DNA of 64,000 bases. Origin: Phoronis australis (lineage: Eukaryota > Animalia > Phoronida). Location: contig NMRA01000006.1 of NCBI GenBank assembly GCA_002633005.1, positions 1,587,742 through 1,651,741 of the forward strand, written 5' to 3'. The position numbers were made by a program, and so were the translations under genes. A model generated the notes under the pieces. That model saw nothing but the letters and a program-made list of their open reading frames with translations. It had not been told where the DNA came from and searched no databases. How positions within the stretch are numbered: position 1 is the first letter of the stretch; each line of letters begins with the position of its first letter. Below, piece by piece: positions 23,235 to 34,672 of this stretch.

Positions 23235-23586
23235 TACTCGGTCACGACCGCGGATGCAACAAACTCACAGAGGTTCATGCGTGCGAACTCAACACACAAA
23301 TAAACGGTGTCAGTGATGAATTATCGTTAAAATGGGTGGCTTGAATCGAGTGCACATTCCAGTGCGTGCTAAGAAAAGCATACGTGTACGACAAATTAGG
23401 TCTAAGATTAGGGTTTTGCTCTAAAAATATTTCTATAGTTTACCTAATATTCCCTCTCAATGAGTGACATACTTAAAATGTAAAATAGAGTTCAAAAATG
23501 AATTCTACTACGTCAAGGAAAAATTCGTTCCCGAGACATTTTACAATACTTCTGTAACCGCAAAGAGCATAAGTGTACATTTTTAC

Positions 23587-23717
23587 CTGGCTGACGTAAT
23601 CGCTTTATCTTTGCGAGCTCTTATCTCCACCCAGTCGTGACAAAGGCGAGTTTCGCTCGAGCAAGGTAAGTGAAACTGACCGTCAAACTCGGCCTGCACT
23701 TTGTATCCTAAGGGTGC
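23587..23717 (-). CDS. Astacin-EGF-CUB metalloprotease, exon 11 (CUB)
   Basis: ttcag|APLGYKVQAEFDGQFHLPCSSETRLCHDWVEIRARKDKAITSA(R)|gtaaaa; CUB C-x-D-W-V-E-I motif; phase 0/2. Confidence 0.9.
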
Positions 23718-24066
23718 CTGAAGAAGGAATTGAACTTTTCAACATACTAAGTAGCTACATAATGTTCATGAAACGTAAACCTGTCAATTCGATGACTACC
23801 TGGTTCGTCACAAGCTGAATCGATGTACTTACTTAAAGATTCTTACAGTGTTAATTTTCTAAAGCACTCCAACGGGAAAGATTGTTAAGGAGAGGTGACC
23901 ATTAACATTGCGTAAGGGAAAGGAGGGTTACGTGCTTTGCACGTTAAGGGGCAAACGGTAATTGATACAATCTTAACGAAAATAAAACCTTCAAAATTAC
24001 TAATTAAAGCAATTCTTCTAACGACCTTTAACAGATTATCGCTACATTACGCTTTGATGAAAGTAC

Positions 24067-24179
24067 CTTCAAGAGCCACGTGCATTGTTGGTTGTCGCCG
24101 TAGCCACCCGGATAGCCTGGCGACATAATGCTCTGTTCTCCGCCTTTCTTAACGAAATATTCCCTGCCACAATCACTTT
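24067..24179 (-). CDS. Astacin-EGF-CUB metalloprotease, exon 10 (start of CUB)
   Basis: ttgtag|(E)SDCGREYFVKKGGEQSIMSPGYPGGYGDNQQCTWLLK|gtactt; CUB SPGYP...C-x-W motif. Confidence 0.92.
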
Positions 24180-25776
24180 CTACAAAAAAACGCAAAACGT
24201 AAACGTTTTACAGAATATCACTTGAAAAACAATCACCAGCATGTTTTGGTGAAGCTTAAAAGCACTCCTAACAAAACTATTGAATCAGTACGATTTGAGA
24301 TAGGGTGAGAATATCCGAATGTATTCTGAGTCATCCTTGTGTCAGTAGATAGCTTCTACTGACCTAATTAAAGGGACGTTATCAGTGAGAATTAGATTTT
24401 CTGAGATTAGCCTCAACGCGGAATCAAACTCGGTCGCAGACAAGCGCTCTGCTGCCGGAACTAAATACCACTCGATAAACGGCAGAGTTTTTTAAAGCTC
24501 TGTTAACTGGCAACGTCAACGGCCTTGATTTCAGTGAATGTCTGGTAGATAACGGTTAGAATTGGCTATTTGTAATAAAATCATGAAATCATTATGAATT
24601 TTGTTGTTTTATACCTTTGGTCAAAGCTGATGTCTTCGAAACGTCTATCCCATTCACCAGTAATCCCAAAAATACGTTTTTCAGACATAAAACCGATAAC
24701 GTCCATTATAAACACAAGATCTGACGTCATCGATGACACTAGCAGAAAATATACACACGAGTTTGAGCCAAGCCTTCGATAATAATAAACACCCTCATGA
24801 GGAAATTTCCATTTGAACGCCGATGTTTTTATAATCAAAAAGTCCGTTTGCAGGTGGACGTTGAGTCCTCTCTGCGGGGTTAATTTCTTGCTAAAGTAAA
24901 AAAACACAACAAATTAAATGAATGGTTTGCTCACGTTAGTCTTTTAAATAGGGACATTCAAATGGAATGGAAGGCGTGGTCTGGCAGTTTTTATCACTTT
25001 TAAACAAAACACGGGTTACCTAAGGTCATGGGTTTTCTAAAGCAGACGTTGTTAAATCCGCTCCACCTGTTGCGCGACTTTTTGGAGAAGTTATCAAAAC
25101 CAGAAAATAGTTTTGCACGCACACGTTTTGTTAAAATGTGAGAAATTGTCTAAGCAAGCCGTGTTATGACGTTCAACAGGTTCTCGGAATAGCTGATGTT
25201 GTTACAGTCATAGTTAATCCGACTTACAAGTGACAGAAATTTTCCTTAAAAACGCAAACAATTTCATTTTACTTCAAGTGGCATTGCGTATGCACATCCC
25301 GGGCTTACAACTAATGTGACTATTACATTGGAACACGTATTTACTTCATCGATGTGTTTTGTTTGTTTTAGAAATTTTGCCAGAAGATATAATTATTTCG
25401 ATCTTTTGCACAAATTTACTATGTTCAGGTGAAGCTCATAGTTAGGGCTTGAGATTTGTCGAGCCTCCGAAAGTAACATCTTAAAAAGGAGTTCTCCGGT
25501 CAAATCTTATAACTCAAAGAAGTCTATCGGAAAATACGTTTATGGAGCTAAACCGATAATGTACCTTTAAAATACTCCGCTAATTACCACGTGAGATTTG
25601 GCGCAGCGGTGGAGCGTTCAGCTGCTACCGCGAAGCCAGAGACTTCGACTTTGCTCTACTGTTAATTTCTTGTGAAATCCCTTTTCTCGCCGAGAATGTT
25701 CCTTTAAGATGACTATTAAAAGACAAATGTCTAAAATTGGAAAATCTCAGATTTACCAAAGTCGTCGTGCTCTTAC

Positions 25777-25911
25777 CTCCAACAGCTTTCATCAAATAGC
25801 TGCATCTTGGTCCCTCAAAACCATCGGGACAAAGACAGCTGCTGCAGTTGTTAGGGTCAGGGTAACCCCCATTTAGACATGGCAATGAGAAACGTTTCTT
25901 TAAACATTTGT
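25777..25911 (-). CDS. Astacin-EGF-CUB metalloprotease, exon 9 (EGF-like)
   Basis: ttgcag|(D)KCLKKRFSLPCLNGGYPDPNNCSSCLCPDGFEGPRCSYLMKAVG|gtaaga; phase 1/1. Confidence 0.93.
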
Positions 25912-26334
25912 CTGCAACAAAAAAATGTTAAAATTAGATAACAGCGACGAAACAAAAGCTTTGATATAATGTTTGTTTAACTCTACTTTCACCAACAGTT
26001 CACCCTTTTTCACCTGACCTTTGCCCCTTGACTACTTTTTCTAGGGCAAGCCAAAAGGAGACAGTATAATCCGTATACATCACCTAATTGAACGTGCTAA
26101 TGTACGTGCTAATGTTAACGGCAATATTGATGTATTGTATCGAGATCACGTGATATTTGCAAAACTCACCAACTTTCGAATTACAAATGATTAAATGTTA
26201 TTAATGAAGACGTTAATTATTAATATTCCAATTAAATGAAATGTTACTGAAAATGCTTTTACCTATGTATATAGACTTTAGCGACACCCTATAGAAATTA
26301 TTATTTACTATAACCATAAACCATAATTGTTTCT

Positions 26335-26397
26335 GTTGTCGTTGCTTGTTGTTGTTGTTGCTTGCGGTTGTTGTTTGCTGTTGTTGTTGTTGTTGTG
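26335..26397. repeat. Imperfect (GTT)n microsatellite
   Basis: Direct observation. Confidence 0.8.
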
Positions 26398-26728
26398 TTT
26401 GATCAATACATATTGGGGGTCTTGGGTATCGTAATGTTTACGTAATGACTGCTTTCGGTGATGTGAATTTTTAAAAGTGTCACAGTTTAGGAAAACGTTA
26501 TTTCGTTTGTAATCGTTTATAAAATAGTAAATCAAATAATAAAATAAAATTTTACTTCAACTCAGGGTGAAAGTCAATTATTATATATTAAACGTTCCTG
26601 TAAGTTGTTTACCCGTTTATTTCCCGACTCTCATTGTAAGCGTGAAGTATGGCATCTCAGTGTGTTCTTTACAAAGCCAGAAATAGAAGCGAAAAATATT
26701 CTTCGCATAAGAAAAGTTATAGACTTAC

Positions 26729-26852
26729 CTTGACAATATGCCATATTGGCGGCTTTTATGTCTGCGAATGATAAACGAAACCTTTGGCCTATCGTCCTCA
26801 TAAACTCGGCGTCCTTTGTGACTATTGTATAGGATTCGTTTTTACTAAATGC
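26729..26852 (-). CDS. Astacin-EGF-CUB metalloprotease, exon 8 (end of catalytic domain)
   Basis: tttcag|AFSKNESYTIVTKDAEFMRTIGQRFRLSFADIKAANMAYCQ|gtaagt; astacin IGQR-x-x-LS-x-x-D motif. Confidence 0.94.
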
Positions 26853-27309
26853 CTGAAATAGGGTATAACTATAATGTTAGAATACAAAATACAATTCTGC
26901 CTTGTTACACTGCCACTTTCCATTGCAGTTGGACTAAAATCTCGTGTCAAATTGAATATCAGAAGTGTATGATTCAGCGAAATATACTTGTCGTGCATTT
27001 GAGCTTAATGAAAGCGAAAACATTGGAGGGCCAAGAAAATGTCGCTAAACAATTGATCCACGCTCTTCAAGCCTGAATACAAATTCAAGTAAAGTTCATA
27101 AGTAGCAGAAAATGTGAAAACATGACATAAGCATTTTCGAAACATTTCGCATGTCGCTTTCCGAGTTTTCGCGGATATTTTTCCTACGAAAACTGTGGTT
27201 GCCTGCTACCATCTTACAAATCCTAGATCCGCCAGTGACTCGAAATGTATGAGATTTCACGAAAACCTATGCATCTTTCTGTACATTTACAACGCTAGCT
27301 GCAACTCAC

Positions 27310-27513
27310 ATTATTTTCGTAGTGCATAATGGACGAGTAGTCGTAAGGTATTCCCATCGTGTCAATTTCGTCAGTTCCTTGGATCTGGAAGTTGTTTCTG
27401 TGTTTTCGTTGAATGAGGTCTTCGTGGATGTAGACGAAATGGTCCCTGTCCGGCCGCACTTGCTCATGATAAAATCCGATCACGTGACCAATCTCGTGGG
27501 TAATGACACCATG
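27310..27513 (-). CDS. Astacin-EGF-CUB metalloprotease, exon 7 (zinc-binding site and Met-turn)
   Basis: HEIGHVIGFYHEQVRPDRD (HExxHxxGxxHE-x-x-R-x-D-R-D) and YDYSSIMHY; ctcag/gtgagt boundaries. Confidence 0.97.
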
Positions 27514-27711
27514 CTGAGGAAAAAAAGATGAATGGAATTTCAAGAAATTGTTATTTGAACAATTATTAATAAGAGTATCGTGATTTGCATGTCGAAACTT
27601 GCTTTCAAAGCGCTCTCTTTTCTAAAAAATTATAATTCAGACCTTTTATTGAAACTACGTAATGCATTTATGGACTACAATGTGATAAAATCAGCATTTG
27701 TTTTATCTTAC

Positions 27712-27796
27712 CGAGTAACATTGCTGGGCCAAGTTAATGATTTGCTCTTTGCTCGAGAGACCATTTTTTCCTACCGCGTTTGAACAGCAACCCCGG
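27712..27796 (-). CDS. Astacin-EGF-CUB metalloprotease, exon 6
   Basis: tttcag|(N)RGCCSNAVGKNGLSSKEQIINLAQQCYS|gtaaga; equivalent of the GC-x-S-x-VG...Q-x-x-x-L-x-x-x-C segment; phase 2/0. Confidence 0.9.
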
Positions 27797-28302
27797 CTGA
27801 AAGACAAATTGACGATTCGTTAAATGACGTCTATCTGACCACTGATACTGGCGCGTGGCTGCGGTCTTTCCATTCAGTGCCGGCAATGTGGAGAGCACGT
27901 TTATTCTCAAAAGTGCACTCAAGTTATGCCCCACTTTTCGGTTCGTTAAATTTGTATTTTATGGAGCCAAGGCTCTCTGAGGAAGACCGCAGACGCAAAA
28001 TACTTGTATGCCAATGTTCTGTCTAAGTTTGAATGCGCTAACCATGTTTCTTCTCGGACGTGCCGTTAAAAACTGACATGCCTCAAGACATAATTGAGAT
28101 TCAAATTCTAATATTGAATAGTAAAAATTAACAATCATTACAATTAAAGGGTATGGAGAGATGATGGGCCAACTTAAATGAAAATGAGCACAATAAAAAC
28201 ATTACTGATTCACAAAACAGTTATTAATATATATATATATACTGCTTGAATGTGATATAAATTTCCAATATAGCATGCAATAGGTCATAATGTGGTTCTT
28301 AC

Positions 28303-28438
28303 TTATTGTCTCTCGTGAATCGTATAATAGTCTCTGTATCAGGGATCACATCATTATCAAGCACTTCCTGGAATCGTATGCATGTTAAGTTTTTCCACGC
28401 GGAAATAACGTCACGAATTTTTTTCTTTTCATCGTTAG
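28303..28438 (-). CDS. Astacin-EGF-CUB metalloprotease, exon 5
   Basis: tttcag|(T)NDEKKKIRDVISAWKNLTCIRFQEVLDNDVIPDTETIIRFTRDN|gtaaga; W-x-x-x-TCIRF motif. Confidence 0.92.
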
Positions 28439-28838
28439 CTGAAAATAGACACATTTTGCTGAATGTTTCACATGCATTTTAATTATGAATGAGAAACGTT
28501 TTTTATTTTTAGCACTAAATGGACATAACAATTACTGTGAATATTTCGGTGTGTAGGTTTGTTTCTAGCAAAGCTGAAATTTGGAATATGTTGAAAATTC
28601 ATTGTAGACAACGGAAGTATTACGTGCTGTATTTCAAAATAAGTACACTTGTAGTTATAACGACAGTCTTACGTTTAGTCAGGCGTTTCATTCCGTCGCC
28701 TACACTGAAAGTAGCGGTATATTTTTACTGCCAGAGCTAAGTACATCGACATTAATAGGTAGAAAATAGAGAATAAGTGGGTGAAGACATTCACGCCTGC
28801 ATTCTGGACCACGTAAACTAGTAGGTAGGGTAAATATC

Positions 28839-28844
28839 TGTGTG

Positions 28845-28876
<32 letters not shown>

Positions 28877-28889
28877 AGCGTGCGTGCGA

Positions 28890-28920
<31 letters not shown>

Positions 28921-28922
28921 TG
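28839..28922. repeat. (TGCG)n microsatellite
   Basis: Direct observation. Confidence 0.95.
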
Positions 28923-29265
28923 TCTGCTGAAAAGTGACTCGTGGCAATTCGTATATGAAGGCCTAGGTAATGTTAAGCTGGACAATCCCAATGTCAGAAT
29001 GAACAGGCGAAACGTTCGTGGTAAGAAAAGACCAAGAACTTCGAAAGGTGTGATATTTTAGTCAATCCAATCACGCGAATTGTTGCTTTGAACAAAAATC
29101 AAAAACATACATATTATTATCGTGGGATATTTAAAAAATGGAGTAAAGGTTAACAATTTGAAGCAATTTTTATCAAAACCACATCTTAAGTCACGACGAG
29201 TCTTATCTTCCAAAACATTTTTGACAAAATAATAATCTAAAGACACTACTGTTCATAGCACTTAC

Positions 29266-29476
29266 TTTGCCCAGGATCGAATTTGTAACGAATTGGTAAT
29301 GTCCACTTTCTCCACGGGTAGTTCTCAAAATTGACTACTTTCCGTCGCTGTCTTTTATGATGGGAATGTTGGTCGTAATGATAATTCTTTTTGTGGAAAA
29401 AATACTTCGACAACTGGCCTGGCACCTCTTGCGTATTGGTCGCTGGTGTTGGGAGACCGTACCTATTTACAGTCAC
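29266..29476 (-). CDS. Astacin-EGF-CUB metalloprotease, exon 4 (prodomain end, furin-type site, start of catalytic domain)
   Basis: tttcag|VTVNRYG...HKRQRRKVVNFENYPWRKWTLPIRYKFDPGQ|gtaagt; RQRR site followed by the astacin W-x-x-P-I-x-Y start. Confidence 0.88.
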
Positions 29477-29500
29477 CTGAAAAAGAATATGGATGCAAAC

Positions 29501-29700
29501 ATTAGGGGGGCGTTATCTGTTTAACGGACAAAAACTCATTTGTGAGATTATTGTTGAAAGTGACAGACTTGTTGAAGTTATTAGCTTTGATCAGAGTTGC
29601 AAAACAACGATTATCGTTATGTTTTTGTGATTATATTACAAATCGCTAATTCTCACCGTCGTCTGCCAGACATTCGCCGAAATCGAGGCAGGTGACTTTA
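29501..29700 (-). mobile_element. Inverted copy of the Kolobok-like MITE family
   Basis: Reverse complement matches 39470-39668 (ggcagac-acgg-gagaatt, agctaat-acttca, caacaataatc). Confidence 0.6.
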
Positions 29701-30748
29701 CCAGTTAAATACGCGTCTGACTGCGACCTCGGGGATTTCAGGTTTGATGCCGCGCTAAGACTTTTCTCGTCCATACTGTCTCTTTAAGAGCATACTAAAC
29801 CCAGTTTTTTAATATTAACTGACATTGACTACAATAACGCTACTTAATGTTGTTAACAAGATAATGACCTGTTACTCTCGTCAACCATCAAAAGTTTGGA
29901 GCAAGTTTGAAAATAGTAGAAACAAGGTCTGTTAAATCGACAAGCGTGACTAACGTTTTTTGCAACATTAAGTTACAGGAAATCTCGAGCCGCAGGATTC
30001 GCTTTGTGAGACAATGAGTGTGTGATTTGACTCAACAATGCTCTTGTCTCTCAGGAAAATAGTAATTGTGCAATGACATGTGACAGGTGCATTCTGGGTG
30101 AATTCACTAAAACGAGGTTTAGTAAACCTTTAAGATAATCGAGATAGTACAAAGGTACATGTACGTGCTTTAGACGATGGTTTAAGTGCACTAAGCAACA
30201 GTTGAAGTAGTGGGGAATAAGACGTGGAGTTGTCGACTTAGTGTTGTCGATGATCTAATTCAATTTAGCCAATGTGGCCACAGTTGGCTCTATTCCCGGT
30301 GACCCATAAATTCACAACTTCAGCGACTTCTCAACTAATTCACTAAAGTTTGCCAAAATCATCAGAAGACAAATCAACGCTTAACAATGTATCCCACGGT
30401 CCTCTAGTAAACTGATATCTTTTTACTCCATGTACATTTTGTTCTAAGTTAAAAATGCGTTTTAGTTCTCTATAACTTATCCAAGTGATATTTATTGGTG
30501 GGCTACTGTAATAAGGCGACTGGATTTTATTCAATAATTTGAGTCAATTTTAGTCAAATAAATTGTACATCTTTAAACGCTGGTGGATCTAGAATGTCGC
30601 GAAGGGGGCCCGAACACAATTTTTGAATTTTTAAAGGACTATCTGTCGTGATAGCCTTAATAATCGCATACGGCGACGTTTTCTTTTGTCCCGTCTTTGC
30701 GGAGGAGATGGGGGTTAAGCCTATGTAAAACGAGGCCATTTTACCTAC

Positions 30749-30847
30749 CTTTTCTGCTAGGGTAGTTGGTTCTACTTTTTCGTCTTGGGTACTGTCTGTA
30801 TCCGTATCGTTTAAAGGCAGGTTCCATTGCGACGCGTGTAAAGGGCG
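30749..30847 (-). CDS. Astacin-EGF-CUB metalloprotease, probable exon 3 (prodomain)
   Basis: ttgcag|RPLHASQWNLPLNDTDTDSTQDEKVEPTTLAEK|gtaggt; 99 nt, phase 0/0, fits neighbours; no motif support. Confidence 0.65.
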
Positions 30848-32376
30848 CTGCAATCAACAAATCAACAATAAACAATAAACGATGAAGTAACCGGCTAACA
30901 CAGTTCTCGAGGATGAGACTGAATTCATTTTCATCATCGTCTGCTCTCCACTACAGTCTGAGTAACTTGCTTAGTTTACACTAATAAGGATTGTAGGTAT
31001 TTACATTCTTAGTTACTAGTCACTGGAATCTTACTGACTATAGAGTATGAGTACCGGTAACATTTTCAATTGTTCACTTGTTCCAAAGGCATTCTACTAT
31101 TTCGAAGTCACAAAATAAGGGAAAATGAGACAAAATGTCAAATTAAGACAGTGAAATTTCCTAAAACCTCCCCTCTAGGAGTTCAATTCTATTAGTGCAG
31201 CGGTACACGCGCGCAATTTTAATACATCTGCACTCATTCGTTTCAAATGCTGAGTAATGTCGCTATTGTCCAACAACGAATGGTTGTCAAACAGAAGAGG
31301 ATTTTAGTATGTGAGACAACAAACCTAAATTTAGCAGTGAAAGTCGTAGCTTTCGCATCTTTATCAATCGATTAATTCTGACTTATATAATTCCTTAGAA
31401 CCGCACCTATCACCATGGATACTTGGATATTTGCACATGAGGAGATCCAAACAAAATCACGCCACCCCTCGCATGTTTTACATGCACGAATTCATCTAAA
31501 TTCTTGCTTTGGTTACCGTTGCTGTAAATATTTGTTTGAAGTTTGCGTTATCGTGACGTTACCATAGGAAATCAACATAATACAAATTCACCAAAACTCT
31601 GATTTGTGACTATTTGTGAATGATAGCTTCACACTACAAAGAGAATGGTGAAATTGCTAGTAAAAGGGCGCGGCAGAGGGAAGACATCACCAATGCACGC
31701 GAACCGTGATCTCTACGCCCACAATTCTCAGACAATGATTCAGCGGCATTTTCTTGAAAGTGGCCTTTGATGTCAACCATTATTCTTCATTATCTCAGAA
31801 TGGTGTCAAATCATTAATGTAATTAAAACGTTTGCGATTATTTTTGTACGAGATGAGCGAATTTTAATTGACTTATTGTTGACTTCCGTCATTTATTATT
31901 CGCTCATCACAAGATTGAATATTATAGAAATCTGATGCAATAAGTCCGTGGGTAGTTAATTGATTTGATTTTAATGTCCGGATAGTTGTAAATTGGTGTA
32001 CTATTTGATGGATTAGATCACATCCAAACAGTGTTGTCAGGGAAATTCTTTTGTGTGTCATCTCATGTTTCACGCACCTCTAAACCTCTAAAAATTGCAA
32101 ATTTAGTGAAAACAACAATGACTTTCCACTGCAAACTGACTTGCAAAACATTACTGTGTAGTGATGTGTGTGTTTGACTTAATTCGCAATTTCTGTTTTG
32201 CAAGACGAGAGATCAAATGACGGGTAGCAGTTACAAATTTACATTTTGTTACGCTCGGCAATTATGGTGCATTTACAATAGTTAAAATTTCGTGAAAATC
32301 GTCCTCATTTTCACGTTGACTTTATTGACTTTAATTCAGCAAAAAGGTAAAATATACAATATACCCACCTGCAACA

Positions 32377-32483
32377 GTTGTTTGTCGGGTAAAATGGCGA
32401 CATGAAAACGAAGGTGTGTCAAGAATGCTGCGTTGTGATTGGTCTTCCAAGCCGTCACTCAAACTCCTGGCGATAGGTCAATT
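32377..32483 (-). mobile_element. Partial copy of the TA-flanked MITE at 22904-23234, without the nested insert
   Basis: Reverse complement aligns across both sides of the 22962-23113 insertion. Confidence 0.7.
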
Positions 32484-33197
32484 GGTAATTCGCTATCACT
32501 TGTTCGGCTCATAAAATGACCAGCCGGGTTAAGCTAATTATTGGGCCTAAACACTGAGCAATAATGAGTTTTAAGTTGTTACCAATCCCAGAAATCACTT
32601 CTAGTCTGAGTGACGAAAGCAAGGAACAAGTTGAGACCAATTTTACAACACTAAGTGGTCTAAATCAGTTATTTTTGGCAGACGATCGGTTTACAGCTAC
32701 CTCGACAGCGTGTAACTGTCCATTCACCCAAACTATTATAACCGAGGTGTAGAGAATTAACTTGTAAAGCGCGTACACACATGTTGGCAACGCAATTATT
32801 ATCCCGAGTGTGGTTAACATGGGAACTAATAATCTGACCCCTTAGTTCAATTAAAAACAACGTGATATCTAATCCTTCGCTCTTGGAGTGAAGCCGGAAA
32901 CACCGCCTATAGGTTTTTTGCCTGGAGTCTCCAACCTCGGGAAATGACACGTCTTGTCCAATTGTTACTGTTGAGAACAATGTTGGGCCGTTTTAAAATG
33001 AAATTGGATGGATAGGTTGTAAAAGGAAAAACAAGGTATTCTTCTGAACAGAGTACAATAACTACTAAAGGACATTTTCGTTTCTGAACAAAAATTTGCG
33101 CTTCCAGGTAATTGAAGAATACGCCCATTATTAGTAAATCTAAACATATGTAAGATGGAAATGTAACAATGTTTTGAAAAGGCGGCATATAGCATAC

Positions 33198-33245
33198 TCT
33201 TGCCGTGTTTTTATTCGAAATTGTATCCACGATTGACACAGAGAC
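33198..33245 (-). CDS. Astacin-EGF-CUB metalloprotease, possible exon 2 (prodomain)
   Basis: ttttacag|VSVSIVDTISNKNTAR|gtatgc; 48 nt, phase 0/0; splice signals only. Confidence 0.5.
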
Positions 33246-34468
33246 CTGTAAAATGTTTTTCATGAAGGAAGCATATTAAGACGAATTGTTAGCCTGCAGT
33301 TGCGTGAAAGAAGTCCCGGTTGAACGAGTGTCTTTTCTCTCATCCGCGCAATGAAATCCGTGAGCACTTGCATCGCATGAAACAAGTAAAGAATAGCACT
33401 GAACGTTGAATTTCACTCAAATCTTAAAAAATTGAAATCGAACCAGTCATTGTGCCATGTGGATCGAATGTAAACATAGTTTTTGGCAGACAGATGCAAA
33501 TATACAAAACTGGGCAGCAACCTATAGTGTAAGAATCCCCCAAAAGTACATCCTGATAGAGATACTCTGTTATCGCAAAACAACAACATTTACTCACAGG
33601 CATTTACCAATCACCAGTCAATCTACCCAAACTGGCCGGCAAGAATAGAAAAAAGTACGACTTCCGGTTCGTGCTTCTAATCCGGGAACAGTCCTACTAC
33701 AAAAATTATAAAGAATAAAAATCGAGAAAAATGCAGCTAAAAAACTCTATGTATGGTCCATGTACTTGGCATGTTTGTCAGTTGTATCTCGACTTGTACC
33801 GTGACTATTGAATGAATAGACTTCCTTGGAAAGCTAAGTGATAACAACGAGAGATAAGGAGATGAGTCCTGCTGGTAACTCAGGAACAACAGTGTCTAGA
33901 TCTTCGGCGCTTATCCACGTGCCCGATCGCTGACACCCAGATGTACCTATAAGTGCTAGGCACGTGCACTTGTAGTGGGGAGATCAGTCGCCGTTTGCGT
34001 CTGTGTTCAGTCGTGTACAAAACAAAGTCCGCATACCGGATGGCACAGATCATTCCAATATGAAAGCGTAAAGAGAATTCGCCTTAAACGCTCTTCATCG
34101 AGTGTCTGTATCGGCGTGGTATCCCAAGACCTGTCCCAGGAACGTATCACACGGCTCTGTCTGCCTTATTTCCTACACTTGCCGTCAGCTGTTAATAGTT
34201 TGCCTTGGAAACGTAATGTACTGTGGACCTATTAAGTATTTTCCTTCACACACAAAGCTATTCGCTTAGAATTTTACTACTTTTTTCTGGTTAAACAGGT
34301 GTTGTTTACAATCAAAACCTAACTGCTTAGATTGCAATAACAGCCCTTTGCAAAAAATAAACAAAAAGTCCTTAGCGATTACGCAGGGGTGGCGCTCACC
34401 TTCTGCCTAACGTCACGAGTGGACTTACAGTCTGCAGCTCAAAATTTTCAACAACAATGAAAACTTAC

Positions 34469-34546
34469 CTGAGTGTTGAAGCCGACGGAGATTGATATAC
34501 AAATCAAGAATAAAAGAACAAAGTGAATTTTTACGTTGGACAGCAT
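34469..34546 (-). CDS. Astacin-EGF-CUB metalloprotease, exon 1 (signal peptide)
   Basis: accATG; MLSNVKIHFVLLFLICISISVGFNTQ|gtaagt; hydrophobic signal peptide, consensus donor, TATA box upstream. Confidence 0.8.
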
Positions 34547-34586
34547 GGTTGGAAAGGAATGAACACAACCATCACATATTCACCGA

Positions 34587-34672
34587 TTTATATAGCTGTC
34601 TCTATCGTTACTAAGCATTCAATGTCTACCAATCAGAACTCGCTTTTTCCTGACCAACTAACGCCGCCAATC
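34587..34672 (-). promoter_or_regulatory. Core promoter of the astacin gene
   Basis: TATATAAA on the minus strand at 34587-34594; CCAAT boxes near 34629 and 34667. Confidence 0.5.

Noticed and set aside
28675-29061. ORFs with THAR/CVRA repeats
   Set aside because: Translation of the (TGCG)n microsatellite in an astacin intron.
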